DNA of 44,869 bases from Stramenopiles sp. TOSAG23-3 (Eukaryota), in the NCBI GenBank assembly GCA_900128585.1, contig LT642172.1, positions 1 through 44,869 of the forward strand. The letters are read 5' to 3'. How positions within the stretch are numbered: the first letter of the stretch is position 1; each line of letters begins with the position of its first letter. Below are positions 1 to 9,584 of this stretch, in pieces. The position numbers and the translations under genes were made by a program. The notes under the pieces were generated by a model. That model had not been told where the DNA came from. It was given only the letters and a program-made list of their open reading frames with translations, and did not search any database.

Positions 1-6
1 ATATTT

Positions 7-135
7 CCTAAGTGAAAATCGAAGAGAAATGTTAATTTATTTTAATGAATGCTGTGTATATATAGACTAAAATACCTAAGTGCGAAGAGAAATGTTAATT
101 TATTCTAGTAATGAATGCTGTGTATATATATATAG
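7..135. repeat. Imperfect tandem duplication of a ~65-nt AT-rich unit
   Basis: CCTAAGTG...CGAAGAGAAATGTTAATTTATT...TAATGAATGCTGTGTATATATA occurs at ~7-65 and again at ~76-135 with small indels. Confidence 0.85.
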
Positions 136-395
136 GGAACAAACAAACAAAATTGTTGAGAAAAAAGATCGGACGGACACTATGGAAAGGAAGAACTGAT
201 GAAATGCACTCAGGCACATTTCTTATAAAAAACCAAAATATATAGTATGTTTTAAGTATGTTTTGATGGAAGAGAAGTGTAAAAGAGCGAAAAGCAGCAA
301 GACCTTTTCTGAACGAAAAAAAACGTTATTTTTCTGCAGCGTTTTCTCTCTGCTTTTCCATTTTGATTTGTGTATATACTTTGGCCCAACGCGTA

Positions 396-1088
396 ATGAA
401 TATCGGACAGGCCGTACCGTTGGCACTCCTCCTTTGCATTTTGTCCCATAATTGTATAGCTGTCCCCATTGTTCGTGACGGCGAGCCCTCGTCGGTTGTC
501 GATGTGAACGTTGAAACGGTATATTTGGCGGCCGGTTGTTACTGGAGCATTGAACTAGCATTCCAACGATTGCCTGGGGTGATGGAAACATCAGTTGGGT
601 TTGCCGGCGGCATGACGACTTCTCCAACCTACGAGGCGGTTACTACCGGTTCGACTGGCCACGCTGAGACGGTGGAAGTCAAGTTCAACCAGAAAAAGGT
701 GTCTTTTGACGAAATTTTGAAAGTGTTTTTTGCGCTACACGACCCCACTACGAAGAATCGCCAAGGGGGTGACGTTGGGACCCAGTACCGGTCCGCAATA
801 TTTTTCACCTCGGCAGAGCAACAGGCGGCAGCCAAGATGTATATGGAACAACACCAGAAGAAACTCTCGCGCCCGATCGTAACCGAGTTATCCAGCATTT
901 CCGGATACACGCGTGCTGTAGAAAACCACCAAAAGTATTTGCAGAAGCTTGGTCAGAACGCCGACAAAGGTGCCGTTTCCCCCATCCGGTGTTATGGGAA
1001 CCGTGGCCCATGGAAGCAGATCAAAGAAAGCGTGCAATCCCTGTTCACTCGCAAGAACGATGGGGGCGTGAGCCACGACGAGTTTTAA
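396..1088 (+). CDS. msrA: Peptide methionine sulfoxide reductase A with N-terminal signal peptide and C-terminal HDEF
   Basis: AAGCYWSIE (GCFW active-site motif), TYEAV..G.TGHAETV, HDPTTKNRQGGDVGTQYRSAIF, AVENHQKYL, and plant-type C-terminal PIRCYG. First ATG at 396 gives a hydrophobic leader MNIGQAVPLALLLCILSHNCIA. Confidence 0.95.
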   Translation: MNIGQAVPLALLLCILSHNCIAVPIVRDGEPSSVVDVNVETVYLAAGCYWSIELAFQRLPGVMETSVGFAGGMTTSPTYEAVTTGSTGHAETVEVKFNQKKVSFDEILKVFFALHDPTTKNRQGGDVGTQYRSAIFFTSAEQQAAAKMYMEQHQKKLSRPIVTELSSISGYTRAVENHQKYLQKLGQNADKGAVSPIRCYGNRGPWKQIKESVQSLFTRKNDGGVSHDEF

Positions 1089-1317
1089 ACTAGGAAAGGT
1101 CGAAGCGCGCCGTTCGTCTCTCAATCATTTCAAAGGAATGAATGAATAGGACGACTTGTAAAATAAAATCTTGAAGATCAATATAAGAGAGCAAACTTAA
1201 GTGTATCACAGCAACACACGAACGATCAAATTCAAAACAAAATGTGGCGTGCGTGTATTTTGTTCATCTCGCCCTTTTTGTCAGACTCTCGAAAGAACGC
1301 AGAACCTATCCCCCCCA

Positions 1318-2832
1318 TTAAACATCCAAGCGCCCCTCGCCTTCCTCAAGCGTTCTTGCTCTTTTTGCTGGCCGCTCGTCGACTTCTTCGTCGTCAGTAG
1401 CACTGTCTGCGTCGTCGGACCCGCTGATCACCCTCACCAGCTCCTCGCCATCGTCGTCGACGTCCTCCCCAGAGGCACTGTCGTCTTCGTCGCTGTCTTC
1501 CTCCCCCGAGGAGGACTGCGCATCCTCTGCCGCTTCAAGGTCGAACTCGGATTCGTTCCCCGAATCGTCCTCTCCTACCGCTTCGTCCTGTTCTCCTGCC
1601 CCTTCGTCCTCCGTCGCCGACGAATCCTCCTCGTTTTTGTTGTCTATCTCCCTCTTTCTGCATATCTTTTTCGAAATGTACTGCATGTAGCACGACAAGG
1701 CCGTCTTCTCCTCGGACCGGATCATTGAAAATTCATGGACAGTGTCGTCTTCCATTGTTACAATGAAGTCCATCGTACGCCCGCTCCCAGCGCGACCTTG
1801 CTCCAACCCGACCATGTCGTTGGCGGGCAAGAAGAGGAAGGGCTTGTTCAAGAAAAAAATGCCGCAGGAAAGGGGGAAAACAAACCCTTCCGACACGCGC
1901 AAGTAGCACTTGACGCAGTTGTCCCCTTGCTCGCTGGCGAAGACGTCCTTGCTGCTCGAGAAGACTTGGGATTTCGGGACCAGGAACCGGAAAAGAGCCT
2001 CCGAAATGTCTTCCATGACAGTCTCCATAGACGGGCCCAGCGAGGCGGCCTTCTCCACCTTTGGCAGCCTCGCAAGGTTGAACTGGACCTGTGCGACCAC
2101 GGGCTTCGTCGCTTTTGTCTTGAAGCTCATTACCAAGTGCCGGCTCTCTTGCTTCCCCACCTTGACAGGGTTCTTGAAGCGCAGGACGTGGGTGGTCACC
2201 AATTGCTTCTGATACTTGTCGGCCATGGGGAGCACGAAGAAGCTTTCCAGCTCCGAGAAGTCGACGAAGACGCTCTTTGCCACGTTCTTTGCACGGAAGA
2301 AAACGCCCGACTTGTGGACCTCAACGTTGTGCTTGCCCCTCGGGTACAAGCACATTACTTGCGGGAGGACAACGCCGGCCTCGTCGGCGGACGGGAACCC
2401 TTGCCCGCTCGCGGGGGCGGGGGCCGCGGAGGCGGGGGCAGACGGCGCGCGCTCCATTTTCATCGACGTGGACGGGGTCTGGAGGGATGCCGACGCCCCA
2501 GACGTCTTGGGCCGCCCACCCTTTGCTATGTTCACGATAATCTTCACCATGTCTTCGGTGGCTGCCGGGTACGCTACGGCAAAGCGCTCTACTTGGGCCA
2601 CCACGCCCTGGTCCAAGGCGAGGCTGCGTATCTTTTCAAGGTGTGCGTTTCTTTCGTGCCCGGAAGTGTTCACCTCTGCCTTAACAGGCAGCTGCACCTT
2701 TGCATTGCACGGAGTTGACATGGGAGTCGAACTGCTCGCTGTTTGGGGAGCACCTGGGGAAACTTTCTTATTCGCGACGAACGCATCAGCGGGCGCCGTC
2801 GAGCCAGGACGTTTCGTCAGGAACCTTTGCAT
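1318..2832 (-). CDS. Histone-chaperone-like protein with SSRP1/Rtt106-type PH domain and acidic tail
   Basis: CVKCYLRVSEGFVFPLSCGIFFLNKP...GRTMDFIV...HEFSMI resembles the Rtt106/SSRP1 middle domain. Long D/E-rich tail and RPAKRAR NLS-like motif. First ATG at 2832 (MQRFLTKRP). Confidence 0.75.
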   Translation of the reverse strand: MQRFLTKRPGSTAPADAFVANKKVSPGAPQTASSSTPMSTPCNAKVQLPVKAEVNTSGHERNAHLEKIRSLALDQGVVAQVERFAVAYPAATEDMVKIIVNIAKGGRPKTSGASASLQTPSTSMKMERAPSAPASAAPAPASGQGFPSADEAGVVLPQVMCLYPRGKHNVEVHKSGVFFRAKNVAKSVFVDFSELESFFVLPMADKYQKQLVTTHVLRFKNPVKVGKQESRHLVMSFKTKATKPVVAQVQFNLARLPKVEKAASLGPSMETVMEDISEALFRFLVPKSQVFSSSKDVFASEQGDNCVKCYLRVSEGFVFPLSCGIFFLNKPFLFLPANDMVGLEQGRAGSGRTMDFIVTMEDDTVHEFSMIRSEEKTALSCYMQYISKKICRKREIDNKNEEDSSATEDEGAGEQDEAVGEDDSGNESEFDLEAAEDAQSSSGEEDSDEDDSASGEDVDDDGEELVRVISGSDDADSATDDEEVDERPAKRARTLEEGEGRLDV

Positions 2833-3099
2833 CTCAAAACCACTTAATAAGGAAGGAGCGAACAAACAAACCAAAAAGAATAAAACAGGAACGGAAAATG
2901 AATGAACGAAGAGAAACGGTCGCCAAATATTAAAAAGTCAATTCCTCTCTACTCCATTTTCTTTTTCTCTTGGTTATTCATTAATTATCTAGAATTGTTA
3001 AATTTGCTCTTTCTCTTAATAAAATCAATACAACAGTTGTGAACAGACAAGAACGAAAAATAAAGAAGATCAAAATAGACGACTTATTATTAATTTCCT

Positions 3100-3345
3100 A
3101 TTGGTACCTTGGTACCGTACGTAGTAGAAGTAATTTAAATTCAAAGATTTAAATTATTTTTTAATTCGGCTTAGGTATTATAATACAGTATAATAATACC
3201 GTAATATTAATACCCAGGTATAATACATGGTTACTGTGTTCCTGTACCGGTACCTGGTTTTATTCCGTCCCTGGTGTACCAGTTGGTGCTATTATCTGGT
3301 ATTATTTATACTGGTTCCTGTTCCTGGTACCACCTGTACCAGCAA
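3100..3345. repeat. Cluster of GTAC/GGTACC-rich palindromic motifs (intergenic element)
   Basis: GGTACCTTGGTACCGTACG, TACCCAGGTA, CCTGTACCGGTACCTGG and CCTGGTACCACCTGTACCAG lie in the spacer between divergent genes. Confidence 0.7.
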
Positions 3346-3555
3346 GAATAATTAGAATGTGTATGCGGTGTGGTTTTTTTTTAAATGATTGATCTTTTTT
3401 TTTGATTTTGTATTTGTTGTGTTTCTATATTTACAATTTTAATTTGTTTTTTCTCTCTACTTTCCTTCTCTTTTATTTCCCAGGAAGTCCGATTATATGT
3501 CCGAGAGAAAGTGTGTTTGCGTTTGTGTGAATGTGTCTGTGTGGTGTATAGATAA

Positions 3556-4173
3556 ATGTCAACGGAAGCGTTGATTGGACGTCACCACCAGGCGTCTATG
3601 AATAGTTCTCGTCCGTGTGATATAAGGATAGAACCGTTTACGAGAGATTTTTACGAAGCGTACGTTAATATTCATGCTGAAATTTTGCCCGTGCAATACC
3701 CGAAAGGGTGGTATGATAGTTTTTTCACGAACGACTCTCGCGTTGGACTCGTAGCGCTGGATATGTCGCTGCCTGCCGAATCACGGGTAGTCGGGTTTTG
3801 TACGGGCAGGGTTGAGTTGAAAGAGAGAGGGTGTTTGGAATGTATATTTAAATGTGGGGATAAAGTTATGATGCACGGTTATGTTATGTCCTTGGGGTGC
3901 CGCAAGAGTCACCGTCGTCAAGGGATCGCGTCAAGGATGCTGGGCGTTCTTTTGGAAGAATTGATAAGCCGGGGTGCCGAACGGCTGTACCTTCATTGCA
4001 CCACTGTAAATAAAGGTGCGGTGGCATTGTACCGAAAGCATGGGTTTGAAGTCGTGGAAAAACTGTTGGAATATTACCATTTTCATGGCAAATACCACGA
4101 CGCGTTCAAACTTTCAAAAAAGATACCTCCAAACCAAGCAAATGATAGAAAGCGACGGCACCATGCTGCATAA
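3556..4173 (+). CDS. GNAT N-acetyltransferase, NAA50/NAA60-like
   Basis: LPVQYPKGWY, YVMSLGCRKSHRRQGIAS (acetyl-CoA motif A), LYLHCTTVNKGAVALYRKHGF, YYHFHGKYHDAF. Confidence 0.88.
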   Translation: MSTEALIGRHHQASMNSSRPCDIRIEPFTRDFYEAYVNIHAEILPVQYPKGWYDSFFTNDSRVGLVALDMSLPAESRVVGFCTGRVELKERGCLECIFKCGDKVMMHGYVMSLGCRKSHRRQGIASRMLGVLLEELISRGAERLYLHCTTVNKGAVALYRKHGFEVVEKLLEYYHFHGKYHDAFKLSKKIPPNQANDRKRRHHAA

Positions 4174-4377
4174 ATATTTGATTCTTACCCAAGAACGAGA
4201 AGATTTATCAATTATGAATATTTTTCCTCCTCCTTTATTATGATATTTAAAATTTTGCAATAATCAAAGGTACGTATTTATATTTTTATTTATTTCTACC
4301 ATTAAATATTAAATAGGCAGGGTACCCTATAAAATATAGTGTCGTCTAATAAAATAATACGAAATATATTACGTGGA

Positions 4378-4412
4378 TGATTGTTGATTGATGATTGATG
4401 ATTGATTGATTG
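4378..4412. repeat. (GATT)n/(TGA)n microsatellite
   Basis: TGATTGTTGATTGATGATTGATGATTGATTGATTG. Confidence 0.7.
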
Positions 4413-4594
4413 GATTTTAACACTTTTACATAAATAGAGTATACGAAAATTTACAAATACATCCCTCTACAATTGTAAGAATCATAATTCATTCGAAACT
4501 CACCGCTTCAGTGGATTTAGGAATGACAGGGGCAGGGGTGATACGCGGATAGATTCCTTTCGTTTAACGGATCTTTCCAGGTTGCAGTTAACCA

Positions 4595-5155
4595 ATGTCT
4601 TCAAACTACGGCAAACTGAACGAAACCCGCTTCTCCCCTGGTGGAGAAGAGGGTATGGGGGTCAAGAAACGCGGTTGTTGTAGTCGAATCGTTTTGTCGA
4701 CTGCTGTGTCATTTTTTGTTGGGGCCGGGCTGTCTTTCCTTTTCTTTGACTGGTTTTTGTTGCCTAGCACGAACTACAAGCCCCCTCCACCCAGCAATGC
4801 GACCTCCTTCGGTTGCACGCTTGAGGCGGACGTTGCGATTTTGTTGGCGGACCAACACACGTTTTTGGACCAGCAAACAAAATGTGGGCGTCAAAGTTGG
4901 GGGGGGGCGGCCCAAACGGCGGCTTGTATCGAAAAAGCAACCGGTATTAGCAAATATTGTGGATATTGTTATGGGGCACTAACACACTGCGGCGCTACGT
5001 ACTGCCGAGCGCCATGCTTCTCCGGGCCGTCTGAAAAGTGTACCAAATGCATCTGTAAGAATTGCCGTACCGATTTCCAAAAATGTACGAAACTTCCCTG
5101 CACGTTGCTTCCAAAGGGGAAATGGAGTTGCGGCGATTGTCCAGGCCATACGTGA
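4595..5155 (+). CDS. Small type II membrane protein with Cys-rich C-terminal domain, function unknown
   Basis: Basic cytosolic N-terminus, one hydrophobic segment (IVLSTAVSFFVGAGLSFLFFDWFLL), Pro-rich linker, then a domain with repeated CxxC/CxxxC spacing. Confidence 0.8.
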   Translation: MSSNYGKLNETRFSPGGEEGMGVKKRGCCSRIVLSTAVSFFVGAGLSFLFFDWFLLPSTNYKPPPPSNATSFGCTLEADVAILLADQHTFLDQQTKCGRQSWGGAAQTAACIEKATGISKYCGYCYGALTHCGATYCRAPCFSGPSEKCTKCICKNCRTDFQKCTKLPCTLLPKGKWSCGDCPGHT

Positions 5156-5423
5156 CATTCAGTTGGAGCATTTGTGTGTATAGTTTAAATAATTGAAAGG
5201 TCGTAATTCGTAACACTCAAAGGAGAATTTTAAAACATGCAATTGGCCTTTCTCATTTTATAATTTTAATGATTTTTAAAAAATACTAATTCTTCAGTTG
5301 TGCAGCCATTATTTTGTTTTTAATGTTCTCCGATATAGTTTAAAACCAAATGAATGCTCCATTTAGACTTATTTTGTTTCCAGGAACAAATAAAAAGTTG
5401 TGATATATGATATCATAAAAAAT

Positions 5424-8400
5424 TTACACGATTCGACTCGTACCACCGCTCATCTCCATGCTCTTTAGCAAGATGCTGCTGGTTCCCAGACCACTTTTTA
5501 CACTGCCCGATGCCGATCCGCTGAAATCAGACGCAGCATCGGACATGTTGTCACCTTGGTCGTCCCCCCCAGCTTCCCTTGCGGCTTTGATTTGGTCCTT
5601 CCGGTGCTCTTTGCGCAACAGCTTTCTGGCCTTCATGAAGGCCCATTTCTTCGAATTCCAAAAGTCAACCCCCATAATTTTTCTGCTCAAAAAGTATTGC
5701 AGCTTATGCAGCGGCAGTGTCATTCTCGGAAATCGCTGGGCACACGCTTTGAATTGCCGAATGTTTAGGCTAAGGCGTTCCGCGGGTTCGGTCCGACTGA
5801 GCTTGCTAAAGTACCGATACATCATTTTCTGCATGCGCTTGACCCTGTACGGGGATTTCGGGTCATCGGACAACTGCAACGCCTCGATCAGCTTGTTTAC
5901 CTCTTTGAGGTCGCACAAACCCTCCCCACTGGTGTCGGCGTAGAAGAAGCAGAATTCTTCAAACCGGCTTGAGTCAAGCATGCAGTACACCCCTAAAAAC
6001 CTGACGAAATCGCCAAATCGAAACGGGTCCGACCGATTCCGAGCCCGACGAAGAGGTCTACCATAGTCGTCTTCTATTGGGAAAAAAGCTAACAAGTAAT
6101 TAAAAAAGATGGGGAGGTCGCCATGATCAAACCCGACGTAATGCAGCAGGTTGTCCCAGTCGACGTACCCGTTGCTGTACATGTCAATGTCCTTGTAACA
6201 TTCCATCAGCTTGGCCAATTCACCGTCTTCCAGGGCCAGCTGGTCCACCATCCTCCACAAACGCTTGTGAGACAGCCACATCTTGTCCAGTTCCCTGTAA
6301 TACAACGCCATGTTTGAGTTCTGCAGCTCGGCCTGCTTCAGAACGTGGTCGGTACTGGCAGACCCCTTCGCGCTGGACACGTGCAGGCTTCCAATCTTGT
6401 CCAATAATTTCTCTTCTTTCTCTCGTTTATTTTCGCCCCACTTAATGTGCAGGTACGTCCCAGGGTCGAGGCCGTACTTTATCAAATCGTCGGGGAGCTT
6501 CATGTACCCTTGGTCGAAGAGCATCTCTTCTTCTCGGAACGGGTTTTGCTGGCCATAGTCTACCGAGCTAATCTTAACGTCGGAAATCGGGCGCTCGACT
6601 GCATCGAACTTTGCCCAGAGCGTGTAGGGGAGGCGGGTCCAGTGCATTTTTGGCATTTCGTCGATTCTTGCTGCACGCCGGTGGGTCACAGCCTTGTGCT
6701 GAGGGAGTTCACTTGCAGACACCGTGTTAGATTTCCAGCCTGTCCATCCCTCCTTTTGAAACCCTTTTAGCTTCGCCGCACCTTTCGACCAACCACCCGC
6801 TGTCTTTATCACGACCATGTGCCGGACGCTAGGCCCTTTCAGGACCCAAACGTTTACTGGAAGCTTGTCATTTGTTGACCTTCGAACGCGCACACGTAGG
6901 TCCCGGTTCGACGCGCACTCGTACCACAATCGGTGGTCGCTTGGTTTAAATCGATGCCCGTACTTTTTTCGAAGCCGCCGTAATTTTCGTTCCTGTTGCG
7001 TTCGAAACGTCCACGTGGATTGGTTCCCCAGTAGGATCTTAAAAGCGATGACCCCCCTTCTTGATCCCAGGGTGTTCTGCTGCGTGCGGTGAATTGCAAG
7101 CTTGACCTTTTCGTGGTTTCGCTTGTCAAACAGGTTACCCTCCTCCATTTCTGCAAGCGACAGGGCCGTCGGGACGAGCGGGTGGGCAACCCGCCTTTTG
7201 CCCTTTTCAGCCAGGAGAACTTCGGTCAGCCGAGTATCCGGGGGATCAAACCCTCTCGACCCTAGCTGACGCTCTGGCGCGGTCTCTGGCCGGGTCACGA
7301 ACGCCGTAACCCAGTCGTACGGGACGTGACGCTCCAGAAGTTTGTCGTCGTCGTAAATAACATCAAAACATTGGAATTCAAACCCCCTCTGGTTTCCCGT
7401 AATTTGAGACACAAAGTTGGAATAATGGACTCCGATAATGACGGCTGGGTAGCTCCATCGCCTATCTCTCCATCGGACGCTGACACGGTCCCCAACTTTA
7501 AACTCGTGCGGAAGCACGCCTGGGTCTCCGTCGGGAATGGTCTCTCTCGGTTTTTTCTTCTTTTGCCTGTCTCGCTTCAGCTTATTTCGCGCTTCGTTCA
7601 CGTGTTTGTCCACAATCAAAGGGAGATACGTTGCCGCAGCCTCGTAAATGGCCCGAACGTGCTTGATAACTTTCATGTGGGGGCCATTCCCGTAAATGGC
7701 CGGGTCGTAGTAGTCTATTGTTCGTTTGTGCGCCACCTGGGCGCTTCCGTAAGGCGTTCGCTCGCCCTCGAACGTTAGCTGTTGCTCTTTCAAGGCCTGG
7801 AACGCTGCCACCTTCTGTGCCAAAATGCGATAGGCACACTTTCGACGCCACGTGCTCTGTATAGCGGTTGCATAAACTTCTCGTTCCCAGATCTTTTTAA
7901 GGAGAGCCATCTTCCCCAAGATCATTCTCCACCACGATTGGATGATGATTGCAGCCTCCACTTCCAGCACCCTTCGTTTTCGAAACAATTCTGCTTGGGC
8001 GATCATGCGGGCTCGGTGCCTGCGCAGTTCTCGTCCCTCGAGTGCTAGGCGCGAACGCTCTTTGTCCATTTCGTACAGCATGCGCTTGTAATCCCTGTAG
8101 TACCGATAAATACGCTGCAATTTGATCGCCAAATTATCCCAGTATTCTCTCCATTCGCGGTTCTCCCGTTCTACCCGTTCTTTTTCGGCCTTCTTGAATT
8201 CGTAAATTCGAAGAGTCACAGAGACCATAAGATGCTTTTTGAACTTAGCATTGTGGTTGACGGCCCGCCACCAGTGTTGAATGGTCCCTGCCCTCCGTTG
8301 TATTTTTAGATTTCTCACGAATTTGATAGCGTAGAAGCTTCGCCATAACGTTTGAAACATGGTGGCCCCATAGTTTCTCTCTGCTTGCTCCATAACATCC

Positions 8401-9584
8401 AAAAAGTGAGAGTCGTCTTCGCCGCTGCTGTCTTCAGACAGGTGGCCCCGGGAACCTTTGCCAACACTGCTCGGGGAGGCCAGGGGGGAGGCCATCAACT
8501 TTTCCTTTGCAACATTCATCTGCTGCTCTATCTCTTTCACTTCCTTCCGCGCCTCTTCATATTTTACTTTTGATTCCATCAGCTCTTTTTTTGCAATTTT
8601 CACTGCAGCTTCGTCTCCAGACGCTTTGGCCTGCTCGTACTTGGCTTTTGCCACGGACATTGAGTTTGCCAGCTCCTTCGCTCGTTTCACTGCTTCCTTT
8701 TGCTCCCTTTTTAAGCGTTTTAAATGTTTTTGCAAAATAGCATTGCGTTCTTTTTCTTCAGCGGTCTTAATTTGCGCCAACGTGTCGGAAAGCATTTTTG
8801 TAAGGCCAATAGCGTGCCGCAGTCTCGTCAAGAACCTACGAACCTGGCGCTGTATTGTTCGTGCGGCTTCGTCGCTTTCTCGCTCGCAAAATAACCGTGC
8901 CAATACTTTTCTTCGGGCCACCCTGGCGAGGGTCCGGCGAACACCTCCACGGTATGCTTTTTGTATGCGCACTGCGCACTGCTCCCGAATGGTTGCCCGT
9001 TGCCTGAGCTTTCGCATTTCCATGTGTGCATTACGGTAACAAACCCACCGGTTAAAACGTTTCTTTCGAAATACTTTATGCCGCGATAGAGCGATGCGAA
9101 GGAGGGAGGATTGAATCACAAGGGCGGCACCGTGACGGCGTTGAATTAGGCAGGATCGAACTATTTTTGCCATCGAACGGTCGTGTAAAATTTTTAAAAA
9201 CCTACATATGGTACGTGACGCGCTCGTTCGCGTCCTGAAACGACGCGCCCTTCCCAGCCTTTGTTGAGAACGGATGGCGTGCCGGTACCACCGTTGCAGG
9301 TTTATGCATGTCAATTTCACGTGCCTAAATTTCTTTCTCATGTTGTAAGAACGGTATATGGACTGGATTGTCTTTGAAGCATCGATTCTCCGCTCCTTCC
9401 GGTGCTTCGCAATGTTTTTCAAAACGCCCATCATGGCATGGTTCGTGGCACCCATCCACCCTGTATTTGTCCCCCTATTTTCCAGAGAACTCCCATAGGC
9501 ATCCCAGTCCCCTGGTTTCACTTGATTCCACCCCGTGGCGGTACCACTTCGCCATGGTTTTATGGCTTTACCGTTTCTATCCAT
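5424..9584 (-). CDS. Large IQ-motif / coiled-coil / Tudor-like / EF-hand protein (calmodulin-binding, possibly flagellar)
   Basis: 1386-aa ORF with many IQxxxR motifs (IQSIYR, LQRWYR, IQKAYRG, IQHWWR, IQSWWR, IQSTWR), a coiled coil, FKVGDRVSVRW...FDVIYDD (Tudor-like), and C-terminal EF-hand-like loops DMYSNGYVDWDN and DTSGEGLCDLKE. Confidence 0.85.
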   Translation of the reverse strand: MDRNGKAIKPWRSGTATGWNQVKPGDWDAYGSSLENRGTNTGWMGATNHAMMGVLKNIAKHRKERRIDASKTIQSIYRSYNMRKKFRHVKLTCINLQRWYRHAIRSQQRLGRARRFRTRTSASRTICRFLKILHDRSMAKIVRSCLIQRRHGAALVIQSSLLRIALSRHKVFRKKRFNRWVCYRNAHMEMRKLRQRATIREQCAVRIQKAYRGGVRRTLARVARRKVLARLFCERESDEAARTIQRQVRRFLTRLRHAIGLTKMLSDTLAQIKTAEEKERNAILQKHLKRLKREQKEAVKRAKELANSMSVAKAKYEQAKASGDEAAVKIAKKELMESKVKYEEARKEVKEIEQQMNVAKEKLMASPLASPSSVGKGSRGHLSEDSSGEDDSHFLDVMEQAERNYGATMFQTLWRSFYAIKFVRNLKIQRRAGTIQHWWRAVNHNAKFKKHLMVSVTLRIYEFKKAEKERVERENREWREYWDNLAIKLQRIYRYYRDYKRMLYEMDKERSRLALEGRELRRHRARMIAQAELFRKRRVLEVEAAIIIQSWWRMILGKMALLKKIWEREVYATAIQSTWRRKCAYRILAQKVAAFQALKEQQLTFEGERTPYGSAQVAHKRTIDYYDPAIYGNGPHMKVIKHVRAIYEAAATYLPLIVDKHVNEARNKLKRDRQKKKKPRETIPDGDPGVLPHEFKVGDRVSVRWRDRRWSYPAVIIGVHYSNFVSQITGNQRGFEFQCFDVIYDDDKLLERHVPYDWVTAFVTRPETAPERQLGSRGFDPPDTRLTEVLLAEKGKRRVAHPLVPTALSLAEMEEGNLFDKRNHEKVKLAIHRTQQNTLGSRRGVIAFKILLGNQSTWTFRTQQERKLRRLRKKYGHRFKPSDHRLWYECASNRDLRVRVRRSTNDKLPVNVWVLKGPSVRHMVVIKTAGGWSKGAAKLKGFQKEGWTGWKSNTVSASELPQHKAVTHRRAARIDEMPKMHWTRLPYTLWAKFDAVERPISDVKISSVDYGQQNPFREEEMLFDQGYMKLPDDLIKYGLDPGTYLHIKWGENKREKEEKLLDKIGSLHVSSAKGSASTDHVLKQAELQNSNMALYYRELDKMWLSHKRLWRMVDQLALEDGELAKLMECYKDIDMYSNGYVDWDNLLHYVGFDHGDLPIFFNYLLAFFPIEDDYGRPLRRARNRSDPFRFGDFVRFLGVYCMLDSSRFEEFCFFYADTSGEGLCDLKEVNKLIEALQLSDDPKSPYRVKRMQKMMYRYFSKLSRTEPAERLSLNIRQFKACAQRFPRMTLPLHKLQYFLSRKIMGVDFWNSKKWAFMKARKLLRKEHRKDQIKAAREAGGDDQGDNMSDAASDFSGSASGSVKSGLGTSSILLKSMEMSGGTSRIV

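Noticed and set aside
7-135. Functional significance of the short tandem duplication at the window start
   Set aside because: Two AT-rich copies differing by indels; consistent with slippage or haplotype-collapse artefact.
396-1088. Selenoprotein MsrA or stop-codon recoding
   Set aside because: The catalytic residue is a TGT Cys; no gene in the window needs an in-frame stop read through, and no SECIS was recognised.
1201-2905. Plus-strand ORFs opposite the Rtt106-like gene
   Set aside because: Antisense shadows of a GC-rich CDS with no recognisable domains.
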